Assembly: GCA_965240325.2 (NCBI GenBank)
Contig: OZ251228.1
Location: 2,604,001-2,668,000, forward strand
DNA: 64,000 nucleotides
DNA from: Rebecca billardiae RCC1528
Lineage: Eukaryota > Protista > Haptophyta
Reading direction: 5' to 3'
Positions 11,401-23,281 of the stretch are shown here, piece by piece; positions within the stretch are counted from its first letter, which is position 1; every line of letters begins with the position of its first letter. Below the pieces are notes generated by a model. The model was given only the letters and a program-made list of their open reading frames with translations, made no database searches and was not told the DNA's origin. Both the position numbers and the translations under genes were made by a program.

Positions 11401-14400
11401 TTGCCAAGGCATACGACAGCGTGCCCATCTCGTCCCTCAGGCAGGCCCTGGCCCTTCACGGGTTCCCGCAGCAGCTCATCGCCAGCCTCGATCGGCTGGA
11501 CGAAGGGTCCACAGCCGTCACTAGAACCCCACATGGCCTTACACACCCGGTGCCCATCCGGAGGGGATGCAAGCAAGGCTGCCCGCTGAGCCCCATCAAG
11601 TTCTGCCTGTTCATGAACATGTTCATCCAGTGGTTCACAGCCACGTCCGCCACCGGATACACATTCCAGCTAGATGCCACTGCCCGCCTCCCGCAGAGAG
11701 CCCCCCCGACAGCCTGCATCCAAGTGCAAGGGTATATGGATGACTTGGCCCTGGTGGCCGCCACTGCGGCGGAGAACACTGCCCAGCTCGAGGCCCTCCA
11801 TAAGTTCCTCGCTGCGCATGGCATGGTTCTCAATCACGCCAAGTGTGTGCACGCGTACAGGCCGGCGCGCGCCCCACGCGACGGGCGCGCGCGCCAGCCG
11901 GCTGGCCCAGCAGCCCCTCTGTTCCCCCGGGCCGGCCAGGCGGTGGCCACCGTCCCCACCCTGGACCCGGCGCACCGTGAGTCGTTCGCGTACCTCGGAT
12001 ACCACCTCAACATGGAGCTGGCCTGGGGCGCGCACTCTCGGAGAGTGGCTGAGCGCCTCCAGAAAGCTGCGTGGCGCGTGGGGGTGGCGGCCATGGACCC
12101 CTGTTGCCACACAGTGATGACAGGGACCCTCCTCCAGCACGATGTGGTGTCCACACTGGACTACAAGCTCAGTGCCAGCAAGCTCACCAAAGACGAGCTG
12201 CGCAGCATGCGCACCACGATCCTGCGCCCTGTGTGGCAGCGTGTTGGGCTGCCGCACGCGTCTGCACGCATCGCCGCGTGTGGCCCCGCCAAGACGTGGG
12301 GCATTGGCCCCGAGGATCCCCAGGCCCGAGATGCTGGGCAGAAGGTGACCACTCTGCTGAAGGCTGCGAACTCGCTGGCGGCGGATGGCCACCTGGCCCG
12401 GAGTGCCCTCGGCGAGTGGCACGCCGGCCTGCACTCGCCTGGGTTTGCCCCTGCAGCGTACCCCCCGTTCGTCGAGGGTGGGCTGCGCGCGCTGAACGCT
12501 TGCCCAGACTGTGCTGCGCGGTGGGCGCCAGCCACCTACCGTGAACTCGCGCTCCTCACTCTCAGGGAGGCGTGCGGCTCGCGTGTCGAGCACATCATGG
12601 ATACGTACGCCAGTAGGCTGTCTCGGCGGAAGCGCAGCAGCCGGACTGCCAGGCTCAACGCCATCCTCGACATGACTGTGGGTGCCACGATCGAGATGGC
12701 TGTGCCCAGGGCTGGCCCCAACCTGCCCGGCCATGCCCACACGAGCATGCTGGAGGAGAGCATCCTGCACGACGGTGGGACCTCCGCCGCGCAGATGATA
12801 CGCGCCACCAATGGGGGAGCAGCAGCAGCTGTCCTCTCCCTCTTCACAGCAGACGGCAGGAGGGCCCTCCATGCATACGACCCCGCACAGGAGTGGATGT
12901 GCGGTCGCCTGGCCCATGCCTTGCTGGATGGGCTAGTTGACAACTGGCTCACCGCCCCGGAAAATTTTCTGCTCACCGGGCACCTGGGCCCTGCGGACCG
13001 GGCTGCAGCCCACGAATGGGAAATCCCTACGGATGGCAGGCTGCCAGTGCGCGGCCTGCGGGCCGACACAGACAGGCTGATGGCCGGAGTGGATGGCTCC
13101 TACGTCCCAGGCAGGGGCCAGGGGGCAGCTGCTGTGGCATATGCGATACCCCTCACACCGGGCGGCGAGCGCCATGCCATCACCATCTTCACTGCCACGT
13201 ACCCCGGCGAGCAGTCGGCCCAGAACTCTGAGATTGCAGCTGCCACCCTGGGAGTGAAGGTGCTCTCTACTATTGGAGCACGGCACGCCCACATAGGGTG
13301 GGACTGCGATACTGCCCTGCACCACGCCCTCCGCGCCCGACCGGACTTGGTAGCCCCGGGAGAGTCTGTTCCCCGCCAGGGCACTGGCGCCGCAGCCAAG
13401 CTCCTCTCTGGCAGCCCCCACATGGTGCGCCTCCTCCGGCTCCTGGACATCTGCGTCCCGCCGGCGTCGGGTCACCAGTGGGCGTTTCGCCACCAACAGG
13501 CAGGTCATGCGGAACTAGACCGCCTGGTTGGCAACACCCTGGCCCCATGGTGGTCGGCCCGCGACAATGCCTTCTGCGTGAGCTCTGCCCAATGCGAAGC
13601 GCTGCTGCGCATAGTGCTCGGACATGCCCCTGGCACCCCTCACGAAGCTGCGCTCCGTACGGTCTGCAACCTGTGTGCGGATTGGGCCAGCAAGCAGGTC
13701 GCCAGGGGTGACCAGCAGGCATCGTTCGCGCTGGGGCCGATGGTCTGGCTGCCGTACAGAGTGTCACTGATGGAGCACGGCTCTGCCACGTTGCTACCAT
13801 CCTGCCCAAACCAGGTCCGCACCCGCGTCATGGACAGGGCGCGCAGGGCTGCGCTGGAGGCACATGCTGCCACGCCTGCTGCAGCAGCGAAGTACAGGCT
13901 CAAACTGGCTGGACCCGACAGTGACCAGGAACCCGACCACCAGGGCGATACCCCGCTCCCATGCGATGTCCGCGAGTCCACACACTCGCTTCAGAACCAG
14001 TGGTGCCGCGAGCGCATCAGTAAGTTTGTGCTGCGCTGCGCGGTCGGTGCACTGGTTTACAATGCGGATGCTGTGGCAGCCACACCGGCCCTGGCTGGTG
14101 TCCGGCGACGGTGCACCAGCTCGCGGGCGACCTATGCCCTGGGCACAGAGTGCCTATTCTGCCTGAAGGCGGGGGACCCGAACCCAGGGCCGGATAGCGT
14201 GCACCATGTCTTCCATCAGTGCCAGCACGCACACGCACAGCGGGACGCTGAGGACAGGGTGGGAGCTGCGATACGCAAGGCCTCGAATGGCGCCATCCCA
14301 CAGCTCGAAGCCACCCGACTCGCGGTCCAGGCGACGCTTCACCCCTTCTACTATGCTGGCAAGGTGACTGAGGCCACTGTCACTGCTGTGAAGCAAGCAC

Positions 14401-16697
14401 TGGCTGCCCACCAGCCGCCTGGCAGCCAGCCGGTGCAGTACGCCAGGGGGATGATCCACAATCCCTTGGCCCTGGCCGCCAGCAAAATCCACGACAAGCG
14501 CAGGGCGCTGAGCCTCAGCTCGGCATATGCCAAGACGTATGACTTGGATAAGTACTGGGCCCTCCTCCATAAGCAAGGGCGGGCGGCTGCCAGCCAGGCG
14601 GAGCCCGCCCCTGCGGCTGAGGTGGCAGAGCCAGACCCACCTGCTGAAGACTCGCCAGCCCCCAATGAGCTGCTGCAACAGCAGCCGGCCACAGGTGCAG
14701 CAGCTGCCCCACCGGCTGCAGATGCCCCCGCCAGCGATGCGCAGGCGCCAGCTGCGTTGGGGCCTGACCTTGCCCCAGCAGTCGCAGAGGCGAGCCACCC
14801 CCTGCCTGCACAGCTGCTGGGCCCGGTGCAGGAGGGCGCCGCAGCTGAGCCGCCAGCAGCAGCGCACGCTGGCCTGGCTGGCGCTGCGCTGCACGGCACA
14901 CAGCGTGGCAGCAGGCGGCGGCCCCGCTCGCCCGATGCAGACGCCCTGGCACACCAGGATGATAACGGTGTGAGTGGGCCCCCTGCCCAGCAGCGGCGGT
15001 TGGCAGCAGCAGCAGGCTCCACACCTCGCACTGCTGGCCCCCCAATCGACGATGTGGCTGCCGGCCACGCTCAGCACCCTACTGCAGACCGGCAGCCCGC
15101 AGTGCAGCTGCCACCTATGCCCGCCTACGTTGCTGTCCAGCCACAGCGGCGCGGGGCGGCCACTGAGCTGCTGGCAGCAGTGGGGCATGCTGTGTACCCT
15201 ACTTGCATGCATGGGGACTGCCTCCTGTTGGCAGCCATGGGCTATGTCGAGGAACGTGCAGCCGCAGTGGGCCCCTGCACCGCAGCCTACCAGGCAGTCC
15301 GCTTCCTCAGGGCAGCTGCTGTGGACTGGGTGCTCGGCACAGCACATCTCTCACGGACACACCGGCTTCAACTGGGGCTCGTGGATGCTGATGGACTGGA
15401 GGCAATCAGCATGTCTGACAGCTATAGGGCCACGTACCATGGGCAGGGTGCCCAGCCAACCCTGCACGAGTTCGCCGCGCCGCTCAGGGCTGCAGCGAGC
15501 TACGGGGTCGATGGCAGGCTCGCCGCCGGTGGGGCGTCGAGGTACTGGCCCACTGTCATGATACCCGCGGTTGCGGCCGTCATGGGGCGTGACATCGCAG
15601 TGTTCCAGCCGCGCGCCAGCCAGACTGCCCCTGCTGATGGGACAGCAGGCAGGCCAGAGAGCTCGGATGCAGTCGGGCACCTGGTGGCGTGCACGCTGTA
15701 TAGGCACGTGCCGCGGTGGTCCAGCATGAACAACCCAGTGTATACGGACCCCCAACGCTGGCAACACCCACAGGGGGGCCCTGCAGGTGCTCCCGCTGAC
15801 CCGCGCCAGCAACAGTCGGTACGCGAACGCCTCCTTGCGCGTGACCCAACTCTTGCAGCAGTGTACTTTGATGGCACCGGGCACTACGAGCCTGTGCTGC
15901 CGCTGCCGAGCCGACCGGGGCTCGAGCACAGGGAGCGCGGCCCCACAAGCAATCGGCGCGGCAAACAGCCCAGGGACCGGCCAGACGACTGCTCTGAGGA
16001 CCATGGCACAGGTGCTGGTGATGGGCAGCGGCGGTTGCCAGACAGCTCTGCACTGCCTCCTCCCAGCACTGCTGCAGGCACCGGCAAGCGCCCTGTGCAC
16101 AGGGGCTTCACAGGCAGCCCCCAGTCACCGGTGGCACGCGGCCCCCCGCTTGGACACCCCCCGGGGTGTAGCCAGGGAGGTGCCAGCAGCAGCGCCGGCG
16201 CGCAAGCACCACCAGTCGCGCCGCGTGGCGACCCCCCCGCTGTGGGGCGTGGCCAGCCGGCCAAACGGCGCAGCCCGGATTCCGATACCCTGCAGCAGCC
16301 TCTCTGGCCTGGCGCCCCCGCTCCTGACCAGCCCAGACCCCCGACGCCTGCGGTGCCTGAGGCCCCACCCCTGCGCAAGTCTGCCAGGCTGTGCCAGCGC
16401 CGCACGCGCGGAGCAGGCGCCACTGCAGCTCCTCACCAGCGAGACGACGCTTCGCGCGCACCCGGCGTGCAGGCACAGCCCGCCCTGGAGCAGCCCGCCG
16501 AGGCGGACCTTGGGCAGCAGCCATACATGCAGGTCGGCACACGCGGAGGGGTGGCACCAGTGCCGGCCCCAGCCCGCAAGCGCAAGCAGCCGGATGCCCC
16601 GGCCCTCGCCGCTGGTGAGCCAGCGAACCCTCCGGGCAACAGAACCCTGCCGCCGGCCTTGAGGCCGACACGCCATACCGGGGCACATATCACCTGA
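8469..16697 (+). mobile_element. Non-LTR retrotransposon ORF: APE-RT-RNase H-zinc finger-OTU-like
   Basis: Open 2742-aa ORF. APE: SVNVGG, DIVLLQET, GKGVAI, AGDANA. RT: APGLD, YKKGD..NYRGIAL, DIAKAYDSV, RGCKQGCPLSP, GYMDD at ~11733, YLG. RNase H: VDGSY, NSEIAA, WDC, NLCAD. Zinc finger: CLFC..DSVHHVFHQC. OTU-like: HGDCLLLA...GHYEPV. Element ends and TSD not resolved. Confidence 0.93.
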
Positions 16698-17064
16698 GGG
16701 CCAGGCCTTCTGTGTGATAAGCTACCCCAGTCATGCCGCTTGATACACGCCTTCCCCAACCGACAGTGGGGCTCCACGTTCCTTACTACATCCTCATCCT
16801 GTCGGCGCGCTGTTGCATCGGCGGCCAGTCGGCGAGTTCGGACGACGACGTTTTGTGGACGACGGTGGGGCGAGGACGACGGGCGCTGGCGCGCCGCGAG
16901 GCGGCCGCAGCCCTCATCCAGACCTCGCAGGCGGACGGCTGAACGAATTTTTCCGGCGGCGCTACCATCGGCGACGGCTTCATGGGCGGTGACAGTTGGC
17001 GGGCGTCAATCTCGCCTGCCTGAGCTGTGTGCGTCTCTTATTCTTAGTAAACTGTAACCGGAAT

Positions 17065-18211
17065 CAAGGGCGGTAAGGGCAAAGGGTAATTTAAGGGCTG
17101 TCAACTCCCAGTGGCGCCGAGTGGCGGAGGTTCCGTGCCCCTCAACTCGTGCGGCCTCGCGGCGCAGCGGCTAAGTCTCCTGGGGCGCCGCCCTGGAGGG
17201 CGCGTGGGGTGCGCACGCCGCGGGCTCCTGCGCCCGCGGCAGCGGCCGCGGACACGGCGCGCGTGGTTGGTCGCCTGCTAGACAGCACGTAGTACCCTCC
17301 CACGCCGCGCGCCGCGCTCGCCGGTGCCCTCGCCGCGCCTCAGGCCAGCCGCGCACGCGCGCCGCGCCAATGGCCAGCCGTGGCCACGAGCCAGCCGCCG
17401 GCGCGCGCGCGGTGCGCGGTGCGGTCGGCGCGGGTCGGGCGCGCGCCCGGGGCGAGGCTCGCGTATGATGGGCGCGCGTCATGCCGCCTCGCGCCGCCAC
17501 CCACGAGCTTGATCACGTTGCACGCGGCTGCTGAAGAGTGCTCGTCGAGCATTCCTCGGCCATCAGAAATGAGCTTGGATAAGTGGTTGTGAGCGCATCA
17601 GTGCGACGAACGCGGGCACTCGGGGACTTGCTTGCCATGACATGAGGCTGGCCGTGCACATATTAGTGGTCTGCGCTTGTCTATCACGCGTCGCTGCCGT
17701 CCCATGATCGTCTCAACGTGAGCATTTTCAAACATGGCAATGCACACTCGACAGCATGTATACGCGTGCGCGCCGACCCATGCGGGCGCCAGCGCGGCGG
17801 CGCGAGGCGGCATGACGCGCGCCCATCATACGCGAGCCTCGCCCCGGGCGCGCGCCCGACCCGCGCCGACCGCACCGCGCACCGCGCGCGCGCCGGCGGC
17901 TGGCTCGTGGCCACGGCTGGCCATTGGCGCGGCGCGCGTGCGCGGCTGGCCTGAGGCGCGGCGAGGGCACCGGCGAGCGCGGCGCGCGGCGTGGGAGGGT
18001 ACTACGTGCTGTCTAGCAGGCGACCAACCACGCGCGCCGTGTCCGCGGCCGCTGCCGCGGGCGCAGGAGCCCGCGGCGTGCGCACCCCACGCGCCCTCCA
18101 GGGCGGCGCCCCAGGAGACTTAGCCGCTGCGCCGCGAGGCCGCACGAGTTGAGGGGCACGGAACCTCCGCCACTCGGCGCCACTGGGAGTTGACAGCCCT
18201 TACCGCCCTTG
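17065..18211. mobile_element. Non-autonomous foldback element, P/Galileo-like, with CAAGGG termini and 7-bp TSD
   Basis: Inverted arms of 407 bp at 17092-17498 and 17796-18202, extending to CAAGGG...CCCTTG termini. CCGGAAT is duplicated at 17058-17064 and 18212-18218. Confidence 0.92.
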
Positions 18212-20081
18212 CCGGAATGCACACACCGGACTGTCGCGTGCCCCGTGGCTTATCTCCTAAACCCCTGGACGGGTAAATCCAGGTCCCCCACCCCCCCCCT
18301 GGAGTCCGGGAGGCCGCGACCAGTGTCGACGCTGAGTCCGGGCGGCGTCGCCACAGTCGCCAAGCGGCGGCTTGAGGAGCGACGGGCGCGTGAGCGTGGC
18401 GGCTCGCGGGTATCACCGGCCTTGTGGCACGTAGTCGCGCGTGTGCGCGCTGTCGCATTGCGTGTACAACACCAGACGCTGACTCCCATGCCATTGCCAC
18501 GCCCTGAAGACTGCCTCGGCACCTTGTGTCTGCGTTCAAATGCTCACGAAGCTGGCTCGCGGCGCTTGTGGCAGTGCCTAGCGTGCAAGAAGCTGCTACA
18601 AGTGGTGCCATAGCACTCAAGACCCGGCCGTCACGCATGGGGCTAGTCGGGTAGGCTAATCTGTGCTATGGGCGACCAGAAAAGCAGCTCGATCAGTGAT
18701 CCGTGACTCTGGTAATGTCGTGCGGCACACACCGTTTGAAACGCGAGAGCGCGGCGCGTGCCTAACGTGACCTCTTTCAGGCGGCGTGCGGGGTCGGAAG
18801 TCCAGCGGGCGTGTACGTATACATTGTGCATACATACCCCCACCTCCCCGAGCCGTCTAATCGCGCCCAGGCTCCCCACATGTCGAGTCGGCTGGCAGGA
18901 AGTGACCGCTCGGCACAAGCTCAAGCCCGCAAGTGGTTGCGCGCGCCAACCGCAAGGGCGACGAGCGAGGAGAGACATCAGTGGGCTGCTTTGTCGACGT
19001 TCCCCTACGTCTTGGAGCCCGCCCCGCCCAGCGTGCCGCCACGGAACGCCCCGCAATCGACCGCTAGGACGCTCGGCGAGCACGCACCCACCGCCGCCAC
19101 GGCAGCCGTCCCCCCGAGCCAGGGGTGTAGGGGACAAGCCCGTGGTGGCAAGGTCGGGCGCATGCAAATCCGTTTGCTACTACGGTCGGTGGTGTTCCAG
19201 AGCGAGCGCTCATCTTTCGCGCTCGCGAGCTCGCGGCCAAAGATCGCTCGGCGCTCGGGGGCCCACGTCCGGCCTGCATGCCGTCGACGGTGGCCAATCG
19301 ACCACGATGAGCTCCTTATCAGTACAATCAGTACGCGGTACTGATAGCGTTTACTCCTGCAGACGCGCTAGAATGATGCTCACATGAAGCTACGAACGCT
19401 TGCGTCGTCGCAAATGGACCCAGGAAGGGCATAGACCTCTTCCCAACCCGACGTCACCCGGTGTGGTGGCGTCGCGCGCGCGCGCGCGCACACGCGTACG
19501 CGTACTGATAACTTACTGATAACGTCCATAAGTACGGTCGCCGCGGGTGCAATGCACGCGTGCACACGCTCACAACGGGGTCGCTGACGGCTCTGCGCGT
19601 GCACAGGGCGGCTCCTACCTTCGGCAGGGCTGGCTCACAGCACCATGCCGCGAAATCCGCTCTGTTTTGACTCGTGCACGCCATCGTGGGCGACAGCTCC
19701 GCCAGCCGAGGCGACCGCCATGCTGAAATCCGGCTGCTGTCAGTACCGCTTCTGAGCGCGCCAAAAACCGCCCTCGGCCGGCAATGATGGCGCCGGATGT
19801 TGCCCACGCCCGTCCCTGCACGCCCCAGCGTCAAGGCCGCACGACGCCCGACCACAAGGGCTCGCCGCGAGCGATCGCCGTGGACGACAGCGCTTATCAG
19901 TACGAGGTACGTATAAGAGTACTTATAGTACTGATAAGCTCATAGCCGCAATGCGACGGAGGGGCAGCGCAAAGCGGCGTACGACGCGCACCGCACGCAC
20001 CTCCCGGGTTTGCCGCCGTGAAAGGAACCGCGCCTTGGCGAGTCGGCGACCGAGGCGACAGCGCGCTATAAGCGATCCCAG

Positions 20082-20520
20082 GTGCGCATCCGCGACGAGA
20101 TGAAACGTCGCGCGTGCAAGATCGCCGCGCCATCCTCCACCATGACTCGGGCGCTGCGGGACGAGGCCGACGTCGTGAAGCCGGTGGCGCATGCGCTGCG
20201 CTTCCTGTGCCTGCTCGAGCAGCACGTGCCCACCCTCGATCGCGAGTGGCAAACGCTCTCGCACTGCACGCGCGCGCGCTGCACCGCCGACAGCTCCTGA
20301 TACCGCCGAACGTGCGAGTGCCTGACCTGTCGCGCGAAGCGGCGAGCGCCGACGAGCGCTTGGACCTGGACGCGCTGTTGCGCAGCGTGGCGGCCGTGCA
20401 CGACGCCAACGCGACCTTCGCCGAGCCCATCGTGCCCGGGGCGGACATCGGCATCCTCGCGACACACGATCTCAGCTGGCGGCAGGAGGAGATGCTCACT
20501 CACGATCACCTCTGGCGGCT
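20082..20520 (+). pseudogene. Frameshifted coding-like fragment, unknown product
   Basis: Coding-like stretches in two frames (MRIRDEMKRR...LDREWQ and LLIPPNVRVPDLS...EEMLTHDHLW). No recognisable domain. Confidence 0.3.
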
Positions 20521-21039
20521 TTGTCGGCGGCGAGGCGCTCGACTACGTCATCGCGGTCGAGATGACCTAGGGACGTCGTTGCGATTCTCACAACTCTGGC
20601 GGCGGCGATCTAACCGGTACCCCTTATCCAGTTCATACCGTCTGCATGTCCGGAAAAAACGGCATGGAAAGCGCCTGCCGTCTTTCCCGGACGAGCCGGG
20701 TCGCCGGGGAAAAGCCACATTACTACCACAGCCATTAGTTATAGATCTTGAGAGCAGTGAGGCATGCCGCATAGTCCACATCGCGTGCACTGATGGCTGG
20801 TGCAATCGTCAACACCATCACACAGGATTCATGTACGATGTAACAGACCGCCCCGTCGAGTGTGCACTGATCGTAGTGATCGTGCGCTGATGGTGAGTCA
20901 GGTAGCTCACCATCATCTGTGTGGCGCATTGATATTATTCGTCATCCTGCCCGTCAAACCGCTAAAAGGCGCGAACCCGCTGGGGAAGTATTGCGACAGC
21001 ACTGGCACGGCCCGCCGACCCCCCCGCCCGCCAGGGCAG

Positions 21040-21139
<100 letters not shown>

Positions 21140-21155
21140 TTAACGACACAGGTTA

Positions 21156-23082
21156 CCAGGTCGTTCCCCCTGCACTGGGAATCCGCGGTTTCGCACTATT
21201 CAGAGCACGAGGCCGCGGCATAGCAACGCAGATTTATTCTTCCGCTTGCTCTATCAGACCACTTGAACGATCTAATCGAGGTTTCCAATTGAAAATGACG
21301 AAAGTACATCCATCCATTAGAGAACCCAAATCCCGAGCGGGGCAAAGCCGTGGAACGCAGTAATCAGCCTCGTCAGCGATAGTCCGCTCACGAAATCGAG
21401 GCGCTGGAAATGAGTTCTTCGCGTGCAACCGCGGAGGCGGGAGCCCTCCCGCGGGTGCGGAGCACCGATTCTGACCCGCCCCCTGCGCCTGCGGCCGGGC
21501 GGCGAGTGCGATGCAGCTGGCCCGGCGCTGGGGGGCGCGGATGTGCTTGCGGAGCCGGCGTGCGTGGACGGGCTGTTGCGGGAGAGTATCTGCCGCCCTC
21601 CTGCGCCGCGCGACTTGCGCCACGCCTCTTTCGCCTCGGCTCAGGGCAGCGCGCACGCGCGCGCCGCCTCCGGGGCCAGCCTTCGGCCTGCGCCGCAGCC
21701 GACCGCGCGCGCGCCGTGCGCGGCGTGGTCGGGAAGGAACGGGCGCGGCTGCCGGGCGAGATGGCGATATCATGTGCGCACGCCATGCCGCCCCGCCACG
21801 CCTTGCCGAGCGTGTCGCTGGTCCATTTGCACGCCTCTTCGAGTTGTCACAAATGGTGTGCACGCGGCCTCGCGGTCGTGACCGCTGGGGGCCGCGCCCG
21901 GGCCAGGGCGCTGCGGGCGCGGATGTGCTTGCGGAGCCGGCGTGCGTGGACGGGCTGTTGTGGGAGAGTATCTGCCGCCCTCCTGCACCGCGCGACTTGC
22001 GCCACGCCTCTTTCGCCTCGGCTCAGGGCAGCGCGCACGCGGCGCGTCGCCTCAAGGCCAGCCTTGCCTGCGCCGCAGCCGACCGCGTGCGCGCCGTGCG
22101 CGGCGTGGTCGGGAAGGAACGGGCACGGCTGCCGGGCGAGATGGCGATATCATGTGCGCACGCCATGCCGCCCCGCCACGCCTTGCCGAGCGTGTCGCTG
22201 GTCCGTTTGCACGCCTCTTCGAGTTGTCACACTATGAATGGTGTGCCACGGCCTCGCGGTCGTGACCCTTGCCGGGACGATCATTGAGACACAGAACAGT
22301 GCCAAGCGGGCACGCGGGATACTCTTACATGAATGTTCATCACCACGTGGTCGTGTAGAAGTGCTGGGTGCGACGCTTTCCTCGCGCGGATGCACTTTCA
22401 TCATCTTCTTCGAGCTCCGAGGTCTGGCTTCAGGCACGACAAGAAATCAGCACTCGTCAACAGCTGTGCGGATCCGTTATCGTGCCCTTTCGCGGCGCCG
22501 CGGGGCGGCATGGCGTGCGCACATGATGTCGTCATCTCGCCCGGCAGCACCCCCCGTTCCTTCCCGACCACGCCGCGCACGGCGCGCGCGCGGTTGCGGC
22601 TGCGGCGCGGGCACGGTGCGGCCCTGGCCTCCGAGGCGGCGCGCGCGTGCGCGCTGCCCTGAGCCGCGGCGAAAAGAGGCGTGGCGCGAGACGCGCGGCG
22701 CAGGAGGGCGCCATATACTCTCCCGCAACAGCCTGTCCACGCAAGCCGGCTCCGCGAGCACATCCGCGCCCGCAGCGCCGTGCCCCGGGCGCGCCGGCCG
22801 CCAACGGCGCTCGGCCGCCTTCGCCTGCCCGCCCTGCCGCCGAGGGCAAAGGTCAAGATTTGGTCGGCCCTCGCCTGCCGAGCCGCCACCGGCCGGGGGC
22901 TCCCTGCACCATCTATCTCATTGCGGCTCAATTTTGGGATTGCGAGACCAGCTCATCGATTGACGCACATCCGCACCCGCGAGACCTGAAAATCTTATTC
23001 GCGGGTAGCGACGGGTGCGTCCTGCGGCTGTTTTTCTCGTATGTCCAAACCGCGGATTCCCAGTGCAGGGGGAACGACCTGG
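21156..23082. mobile_element. Non-autonomous Tc1/mariner-like element with TA TSD and internal repeats
   Basis: Perfect 36-bp TIR CCAGGTCGTTCCCCCTGCACTGGGAATCCGCGGTTT at 21156-21191 and 23047-23082, with TA on both sides. An internal ~350-bp unit occurs twice directly (~21534-21882, ~21916-22267) and once partially inverted (~22500-22770). Confidence 0.88.
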
Positions 23083-23281
23083 TAATTAGGACGGCGCAGC
23101 GGCGTGGGCCCGCGTGGCCGGTGGCGCGATCGTGTGATGATCGTCAGCGCGCCGGCAAGCGACACTACCACTACTGGTGACACGCCCCACGGGTGGCACT
23201 GCCAGTCCGCAAGTTCCACAGCCACCTCACGCCTGGCTGCATGGCTCAGCGCAGTCTGACTGCCATCTGCATCAGCATCAA

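Noticed and set aside
14150-14600. Dualen/RandI assignment for the LINE
   Set aside because: No PD-(D/E)xK restriction-like endonuclease is visible after the zinc finger.
16698-16810. LINE 3' tail and TSD
   Set aside because: No poly(A), tandem tail or exact duplication with ~8400-8460 was found.
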